Positions 23,160 to 29,561 of a stretch of 32,000 bases of DNA are shown here, one piece after another. The stretch is from Candidatus Saccharimonadota bacterium (GTDB taxonomy: Archaea; Nanobdellota; Nanobdellia; Pacearchaeales; GW2011-AR1), in contig JBAZYG010000002.1 in assembly GCA_041659445.1 (NCBI GenBank), positions 150,001 through 182,000 on the forward strand, read 5' to 3'. The translations under genes and the position numbers were made by a program. Positions within the stretch are counted from its first letter, which is position 1. Every line of letters begins with the position of its first letter. Under the pieces are notes generated by a model that was given only the letters and a program-made list of their open reading frames with translations, was not told the origin of the DNA and made no database searches.

Positions 23160-23714
23160 ATGAATAGAGTATCTAAAGAACACAAAGAAAAAATTCTTAA
23201 TTTAATTAATCCTGAAACTCATGAAATTTCGTGGAATGAAGAAGGTGTTCCGTATAAATTTAAAGAAAAAAGGAAAATTAAGGATGGTCGAGTATCGCGA
23301 GCTTGGGGAGCAAAGTTTGAGTTACTTGTAAGAAAAGATCTTGAGGGTAAAGGGAGAATTGTTGACAAATGGAGTAATAATATTGATTTGGAAATAGGAA
23401 AGTTAGTTTCTGCAAAAAGAAAATATAATCCATTTAAGAAAGTAATGACTATAGGAACAGGTTTTCCTGATTTTGTTTCAATTCAGCATGCTTATGATAA
23501 TATGTATAGCGTCATTGGAGTAGAAGTTAAAACAAATGGTATTCTTTCAAAAATAGAAAAAGAAAAATGTGTATGGTATCTTAATAAAAAAATTTTCTCA
23601 CAAATTTGGATAGCTAAAGCAGTCAGGAATGGGAGAAAAATAGAAATAGAATATGAAAATTTTGAAGAAAAATATGGACAGAAATTTTCCAAAGTATCTT
23701 CTAAAGAACAATAA
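23160..23714 (+). CDS. PD-(D/E)xK nuclease, Hjc-like Holliday junction resolvase family with N-terminal extension
   Basis: WGAKFELLVRKDLEGKG (compare Hjc G..AEREL...LE..G), GFPDFVSI (catalytic Asp) and VIGVEVKT (E-x-K). Confidence 0.55.
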   Translation: MNRVSKEHKEKILNLINPETHEISWNEEGVPYKFKEKRKIKDGRVSRAWGAKFELLVRKDLEGKGRIVDKWSNNIDLEIGKLVSAKRKYNPFKKVMTIGTGFPDFVSIQHAYDNMYSVIGVEVKTNGILSKIEKEKCVWYLNKKIFSQIWIAKAVRNGRKIEIEYENFEEKYGQKFSKVSSKEQ

Positions 23715-23745
23715 TCTTTAAAAAAATAATTTTCCTTAAAACATA

Positions 23746-24516
23746 ATGAATAAAAGAGGAATATTATTTTTAATCTTTTTTTTAGGAATATTTTTTTGTT
23801 TTAGTTTTGCAAGTTCAATTAGAATAAATGAAGTTGAATCAAATCCTATTGGAACAGATGCTGGAAATGAATGGATTGAATTATATAATAATCAAGAAAT
23901 TAATTTAACAGGTTATAGAATAATAAATAATGACTGGACAGGTGAAAATGACACTAAAAACCAAATTTTATTAGATGGAAATTTTTCAGGTTATTTTATA
24001 TATACTTTTCGTATTGGATGGTTAGACAATTTTGATGAAAAAGTTTTTCTTTATTATAATAATGAATTAATTTATGAAACACCTCTGTTTGATGACTCTG
24101 AAAATGATGAAAGAACTTGGAACTTTTGCGATGGAGAATGGTTGTTCTTGAATTCATCTAAAAATTCAGAGAATAATTGTCCTGTTGAAGAACCAACTCC
24201 TGAGCCAGAAGAAGAATTCATTAATTTTACAAATTATCCTACAGATGATGTTGAAAATGAAAGTTTAAATGAATCTAATGAATCTTTTCAAATTACAGGA
24301 AATTCTTTATCTGAATTAAATTCAATAAATTCTGAAAAAAATTCTACAAGTGAAATAAGTTTAAATACAAAAGATATAAAAACCGAGAAAAATATAAAAC
24401 TCAGTGAGAGAAACTATTCATGGTTTTATCTCTTAACATTTTGCATGCTTTTATTATTGTTATTTTTAATAAAAAGAAAAAACAAACCAAAAAATGAGTT
24501 CAGAAAAACACATTGA
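23746..24516 (+). CDS. surface protein with lamin tail domain (LTD), signal peptide and C-terminal TM anchor
   Basis: Signal peptide ILFLIFFLGIFFCFSFASS. LTD motif IRINEVESNPIGTDAGNEWIELYNNQEINLTGYRI. An acidic, sequon-rich linker follows, then TM WFYLLTFCMLLLLLFLI plus a basic tail. Confidence 0.7.
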   Translation: MNKRGILFLIFFLGIFFCFSFASSIRINEVESNPIGTDAGNEWIELYNNQEINLTGYRIINNDWTGENDTKNQILLDGNFSGYFIYTFRIGWLDNFDEKVFLYYNNELIYETPLFDDSENDERTWNFCDGEWLFLNSSKNSENNCPVEEPTPEPEEEFINFTNYPTDDVENESLNESNESFQITGNSLSELNSINSEKNSTSEISLNTKDIKTEKNIKLSERNYSWFYLLTFCMLLLLLFLIKRKNKPKNEFRKTH

Positions 24517-24994
24517 ATTTCGAGCAATATTAATTTTAGAAATTTTAGGAAGACCTAAGGAACATTTAGTTGCATCCCTAGAAGAATATATTGAAAAAAT
24601 AAATTCTGAAAAAGGAGTTACTGTTTATAGTAAAAAAATAAACGAACCTCAAGAATTGGAGAAAAAAAAAGATGTTTACACAACTTTTGCAGAAATTGAA
24701 ATAAAATTCGACGAGTTATTTACATTAATGATGTTGGTTTTCAAGTATATGCCCTCACATGTGGAATTAATTAATCCAGAAAGAGCAAGTTTAACTGCAA
24801 ATGATTTTAGTACATTGTTAAATGAATTAACAAGAAGATTGCATGGTTATGAAGAGTTAGCTAGAATTTTTCAATTTGAGAAAAAGATGTTGGAAAATAA
24901 AATTGCTCAATTCTCTGGAAATGCAAATACGCAAATCTCTGAAGTTAAAGAAGATAATTTAAAAGAAAAACCAAAGAAAAAATCTAAAAAATAA
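24494..24994 (+). CDS. hypothetical protein (166 aa, soluble)
   Basis: ORF track entry. It overlaps the LTD gene by 23 nt, which suggests co-transcription. No recognisable motif. Confidence 0.5.
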   Translation: MSSEKHIEFRAILILEILGRPKEHLVASLEEYIEKINSEKGVTVYSKKINEPQELEKKKDVYTTFAEIEIKFDELFTLMMLVFKYMPSHVELINPERASLTANDFSTLLNELTRRLHGYEELARIFQFEKKMLENKIAQFSGNANTQISEVKEDNLKEKPKKKSKK

Positions 24995-25043
24995 TCTATT
25001 TTAGTGTAATAATCTTTAAAAACATTAATTTTATCTAATTTTC

Positions 25044-25787
25044 ATGATAAAGCATATTGATTTTAAGCGAAAAGAAATAATTTATCCGGGAGCAACAATA
25101 ATAACTCCTGATGCAGAACCTGCTTTAGATTTTGCTCCAATTGAAGTTTATAATTCAGCAAGAGAAAAATTAATTAAAGATTTTAAAGAAAATGAAAGAG
25201 CAATAAAATCTTTAACTTATGGAATTAATTTTGAAACTTTAACAGGTTCTCAATTTTTCTGGAATAATTATTTGAATAATTTTTTAAAAGAACAAGGAAT
25301 AAATGGAAGAATTATGGATTTAAATGATTTAGGAAAAATTTATGCTTTAGATGAAAACTTTTTTAGTAAGCATTATTCTGATACAATAAATTTATGTTTA
25401 AGAAGTGAAGAACTTGGTTGGGAAAAAAATGAACATATTTTAGAAGATTTAGTTAAACAAGTTAAGCAAAGAAAAAAAAGATTTTCTTCTCAAAATCCTT
25501 TAATTATTTCTAATTTAGAAATTGTAAGCGATAATAATTCAGATAATTTTTATGGACTTTTATTAAAACTTAGAGAAGATTCAATTCTTGAAAATGATGA
25601 AAGATTTGATTATAGAAATAGCAAAATTCAATTCAAAAATGAATTAGGAAATAGTGAAAAAACTCTTCATACAAAAGAAAAAGATTTGTCGAGAGTTTTT
25701 GCGAGTGGTGGTCAGTGTGTGGGTTCTGACAATGGCAGTTTGCGTAATTCCATTGATGATGGCTGGGTGGTTTTTGTGAGAGATTAA
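25044..25787 (+). CDS. hypothetical protein (247 aa, soluble)
   Basis: ORF track entry with no recognisable motif. The Gly/Trp/Val-rich C-terminus (SGGQCVGSDNGSLRNSIDDGWVVFVRD) causes a local GC rise. Confidence 0.5.
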   Translation: MIKHIDFKRKEIIYPGATIITPDAEPALDFAPIEVYNSAREKLIKDFKENERAIKSLTYGINFETLTGSQFFWNNYLNNFLKEQGINGRIMDLNDLGKIYALDENFFSKHYSDTINLCLRSEELGWEKNEHILEDLVKQVKQRKKRFSSQNPLIISNLEIVSDNNSDNFYGLLLKLREDSILENDERFDYRNSKIQFKNELGNSEKTLHTKEKDLSRVFASGGQCVGSDNGSLRNSIDDGWVVFVRD

Positions 25788-25794
25788 AAAATAA

Positions 25795-26913
25795 TTAATT
25801 TTTACCAAATATTCCAGAAGAGCTTACTGGCTTTTTTGATTTTTTAGATTTTGTTTTTATAACATAAAGAATAACTATTGCAACAATCGCTATTAAAATC
25901 CATCCAATAATTTTTGTAGTTTTACTGTTTTTTTCTTCTTTTATGCAATTTCCAATACAACAAGTTACATTTGAAGCATATTGTTTTGTTCCATTACAGG
26001 TTTCAGTAGTTTGACAAACTGTTCCATTTAATTGAACGCAACTTTTTAAAATTCCATCTTCTTCGAAAATTTCTTCATTTTCCATTTCTTCAATTTCTTC
26101 ATCTGTTAATTCCTCGTCTTCAGAACTTTCATTAATTGTTTCGTTTATTATTGTGTTATTTTCTTCTGAACTATAATTGAAATTTTCTGAATTATAAATT
26201 AAATATGCTGGAATTATATACTCTGTATTGGTCGAGGATAATTTAATAGATGTTTTTTGGGTTTTATTTGTTGCACTGAATTCTAATTCTTTTATTTCAC
26301 CAGATAATAAAGTGATTGAATCGCCACTTAAACCAGAATCAGTTGTTTCATTTGTAACGCTATTTTTAAATAGCCAGGAAAAAAATCCTCCAGAAGTGCT
26401 TTCATTTGTTTCATTATTGTTTGTAGGAGTTGCAATATCCACGCCATCAATAAAAATTTCAATGCTGTTTTCTTTTAAATTTTGAACTTTTAAAGAATAA
26501 TCTGTATCAGAAATTATTGCTCCAGGCCAAACAGAAAAATCTGCAGTTGAATTTAAAATCGTAAAATTTAATACAATGTCTTCATTAGAAGTTTTTGAAC
26601 CATTCATATATGGAACTCCTTTAATGACTATTGAATAATCATCAGAAATTTTTTCTTCTCCAATTTTTACAGAGATATAAAAATCATTTTCAATTTTAAT
26701 AACATCATATGGTATAAAAGAAGTTGATAAATGTCTTCGATAAAAAGAAATATCTGATTTTTGAATATTTTCTAAAAAATTTCCTGTAACTTTTGCAATA
26801 ACTGTTTCACCCTTACTATAATTAGAATTTATTTCAGTTTCTATACTTAAAACAAATGGAATTAATAATAAAATCAAAACTAATGCAAAAAAAATTTTTT
26901 TCATTTTAATCAC
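25795..26913 (-). CDS. type I anchored surface (glyco)protein with one Cys...CC module
   Basis: Signal peptide KKIFFALVLILLLIPFVLS. About 15 N-x-S/T sequons. An acidic linker, then CVQLNGTVCQTTETCNGTKQYASNVTCCIGNC, then TM IIGWILIAIVAIVILYVI and a basic tail. Confidence 0.6.
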   Translation of the reverse strand: MIKMKKIFFALVLILLLIPFVLSIETEINSNYSKGETVIAKVTGNFLENIQKSDISFYRRHLSTSFIPYDVIKIENDFYISVKIGEEKISDDYSIVIKGVPYMNGSKTSNEDIVLNFTILNSTADFSVWPGAIISDTDYSLKVQNLKENSIEIFIDGVDIATPTNNNETNESTSGGFFSWLFKNSVTNETTDSGLSGDSITLLSGEIKELEFSATNKTQKTSIKLSSTNTEYIIPAYLIYNSENFNYSSEENNTIINETINESSEDEELTDEEIEEMENEEIFEEDGILKSCVQLNGTVCQTTETCNGTKQYASNVTCCIGNCIKEEKNSKTTKIIGWILIAIVAIVILYVIKTKSKKSKKPVSSSGIFGKN

Positions 26914-28753
26914 TCATCTCTTTTAATTTTTTTAAAACACTATCTAATTCTTCAGGTCTTTTTTGAGGAGGTCTCATAGGCATTGGTCTTCGAGCAGGAG
27001 AGTTAGGCATTATTCTTCTTGGAATATTTGAAGGATTAGCAGGAGGACTAAATCCAGGAGGAAATCCTGAAGGCCTTGAATTTGGAAAATTTGAATCACC
27101 TTTTTTCTTTGGGTTTTTGAATTTTATTAAAAGCATTTTCAATTTATCTTTAAGAACAATTCCAATAATTGCTAGTAAAATTAATCCAACTAAAATCCAA
27201 ATCCAAAATTTATTTTTTTTAGAGTCATTAACAGGAGGAGTTATTGGATTATTTTCTGAAGGCATGCAACAAACATCGCCACTATATTCGCAATCGTAAG
27301 AGTTTGTTTCTTCATAACCATCATCACAACTATAAACTTGACATTCTCCTTCATTTTCTTCACATGCATTTTCAGAATTATTCTCTGTTAATTCACAACT
27401 ACCATCTACACAACATGTCTCTCCAAACTCTAAATCAGATGTTGAGACTTCTTGTCCTAAATAACAATATTCATTTGAATTACAAATTTCTCCAAAATAG
27501 TCATCAACACAAAATTCTTCAGTCAATGATTCTTCAGAACAACAAACTTGCAATCCTGAGCAATCATAATCATAAAGAATTTCTCCATTACAATCAGATG
27601 AAAAAGTGCAAGTGTATCCATAATCTTCACAATATTCTGCGCTTCCTCCATTATTGTTAAAATTTTTTGGCCATAATGAATAAAGTAAAAATGCATTGTT
27701 TAAAATATTTCCAGAATTCCAACAACCATTTTCTTCTTGAATACTAAACAACCAATTTTGAGAATTAATTTTTTCAGTTAAACTATCTTCGGATTGAAAA
27801 GGTAAAAGTGCAAGAGCAGTGTCATAATATTTGTCATTAGAAGCCTGCCAATATCTTCCTCCAATTTGATTTTGTAAAATTTTTGTTCTATATTCTGTAG
27901 CTCCAGTTAAAGAATATAAAAAAACTTCAGGCATGAATTCTGAATTATCAGATACTCCTGTTATTAAATAAGGCATGAATGCAGAAACATCTTCGCCATG
28001 AGCATCTAAAACTAAAGCTGCCCATAAACTTCCCTCGTAATCGCACACTCCGGATTTTGCAAAGCATAACGAATATATTTTTTCAAAAGTTGTTCCTCCT
28101 GCACTTGAATCTTGAGAATAACTTAAAACATTAATTGTATCTGAATTTTGTTTTTGAAATAAAAGAGTTGTTATAAAATCTTTTTCACATGAAATTGCAA
28201 ATTCTTTTTCTTGACATGTACTGGAAATTTTTAACCAATAATCTCCTGTGGATCTTGTTAAGCAATTTCCTGCATTTTTGTTAATTTTTTTATTTTCATT
28301 AATAGTTATTTCATAAGAATTATCGTCGTAGGAAATTGTGCATTTTGAAGAGTTTTCAGTATCAATTTCTAAATACCAAATTAAATTATTTGGAATTGCT
28401 TTTTGTTCTAAAAGCCAATCTAAAGCATCTTGAACATCAACTTCAGTGTTTTCTTCTAAAGCAAGAACAGCTTGTGCAGTTGTTTTTATTTTGCAACTAG
28501 AATTTGGCCAGCAAGTTTCATTATTTGAATAATTTAAAACTTTATCTTCGCATTCTCCGACAGCTAATAAAGAAAAAATAGATTGGTCTACAGACAATTC
28601 TTCGCAAGTTGTAGAATTAATTCTATCTGATAAACAATCATATGCTTTATCAATTCTTTCAGATTTTTCAGAATCAGTTAATTCTGCTGAAACATATGGA
28701 ATAATTATAAATAATGCTAATAAAAAAATAAATAATAATCCACTCTTTTTCAT
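26906..28753 (-). CDS. type I anchored surface protein: alpha/alpha-toroid (prenyltransferase/terpene-cyclase-like) repeats, three Cys...CC modules, TM, proline-rich cytoplasmic tail
   Basis: Signal peptide LLFIFLLALFIIIPYVSA. Repeat signatures TTAQAVLALEE, QDALDWLLEQ, GSLWAALVLDAHG, YDTALALLPF and NSQNWLFSIQEENGCWNSGNILNNAFLLYSL. Cys modules span aa 375-496. TM FWIWILVGLILLAIIGIVL is followed by a Pro-rich tail. The gene overlaps the downstream gene by 8 nt. Confidence 0.65.
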   Translation of the reverse strand: MKKSGLLFIFLLALFIIIPYVSAELTDSEKSERIDKAYDCLSDRINSTTCEELSVDQSIFSLLAVGECEDKVLNYSNNETCWPNSSCKIKTTAQAVLALEENTEVDVQDALDWLLEQKAIPNNLIWYLEIDTENSSKCTISYDDNSYEITINENKKINKNAGNCLTRSTGDYWLKISSTCQEKEFAISCEKDFITTLLFQKQNSDTINVLSYSQDSSAGGTTFEKIYSLCFAKSGVCDYEGSLWAALVLDAHGEDVSAFMPYLITGVSDNSEFMPEVFLYSLTGATEYRTKILQNQIGGRYWQASNDKYYDTALALLPFQSEDSLTEKINSQNWLFSIQEENGCWNSGNILNNAFLLYSLWPKNFNNNGGSAEYCEDYGYTCTFSSDCNGEILYDYDCSGLQVCCSEESLTEEFCVDDYFGEICNSNEYCYLGQEVSTSDLEFGETCCVDGSCELTENNSENACEENEGECQVYSCDDGYEETNSYDCEYSGDVCCMPSENNPITPPVNDSKKNKFWIWILVGLILLAIIGIVLKDKLKMLLIKFKNPKKKGDSNFPNSRPSGFPPGFSPPANPSNIPRRIMPNSPARRPMPMRPPQKRPEELDSVLKKLKEMSD

Positions 28754-28832
28754 AAGACAAATAGACGATTGTTCTTTTTAAATATTTAGGGAATCTAAAA
28801 ATATTTATAAGCAATTATTTCTTTTAGAATTT

Positions 28833-29561
28833 ATGAAGAAAAAAGCACAAGTTACAATTTTTGTTATTATTGCTTTGGTTTTAATTGCATTGATTCTTGG
28901 AGGATATTTTTTATTTAAAAAAAATAATTCTGGATTGAATGAAGAATCAAAAGTGGTTTTTTCTTATGTACAAGACTGTTTAGATAAATCTTCCGAAAAA
29001 GTAATATGGAGAATTGGTAAAGGCGGAGGTTTTTTTTATCCGTCAGAAAATTCTACAAACGAGGGGATAACCTATTATTATAGGTATGGTAATTTTCTTT
29101 TTCCATTAAAAGAAGATATTGAAGAAGAAATTTCAAAGTTTGTTTCAATTGAATTGTTAAATTGTACAAATAACTTTTCAAATTTTAAGGAATATTCAAT
29201 CTCTTTTAGTAATCCCGTTTCCCATACAGAAATATTAAAAGATAAAATTAATATCTATGTAGAATATCCCATTAAAATATCTAAGGGTCAAGAAATTTCA
29301 ATTTTAAAAGAATTTAGTGTAATAAAAGAAGTAAGGCTAGGTTTAATTTATGATACTGTTGAAAAGATGCTCATTGAAGGTTATAAAAAAAACGGGATAT
29401 GCTTAAGTTGCAACTTGGAGCATTCTTTGGATAACGATTTTGAAATTGATTATTTAAATTCAGATTCTTTAACAACAATTTTAATAATAAAAGATAATTA
29501 TCTTTATTCTAATAAACCTTTTGAATTTATATTTGCAAATGATTATTCAAAGAAAATTTAA
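28833..29561 (+). CDS. protein with class III (prepilin-like) signal peptide and globular domain
   Basis: MKKKAQVTIFVIIALVLIALILGGYF fits the archaeal prepilin peptidase site [KR][GA]|[Q..][V][T] followed by a hydrophobic helix. It is divergent from the 615-aa gene. Confidence 0.55.
   Translation: MKKKAQVTIFVIIALVLIALILGGYFLFKKNNSGLNEESKVVFSYVQDCLDKSSEKVIWRIGKGGGFFYPSENSTNEGITYYYRYGNFLFPLKEDIEEEISKFVSIELLNCTNNFSNFKEYSISFSNPVSHTEILKDKINIYVEYPIKISKGQEISILKEFSVIKEVRLGLIYDTVEKMLIEGYKKNGICLSCNLEHSLDNDFEIDYLNSDSLTTILIIKDNYLYSNKPFEFIFANDYSKKI

Noticed and set aside
25688-25787. Local GC spike containing tgatga and ctga, considered as a C/D-box sRNA or other ncRNA
   Set aside because: The box order and spacing are wrong for C/D RNAs on either strand. 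The segment is in frame as the Gly/Trp/Val/Cys-rich C-terminus of the 247-aa ORF, which explains the GC rise.
26228-27660. Plus-strand ORFs 26228-26485, 27117-27299 and 27244-27660
   Set aside because: They are antisense to the two surface-protein genes. The 138-aa His/Asn/Leu-rich translation is the mirror of the Cys/Glu/Asp-rich module region.
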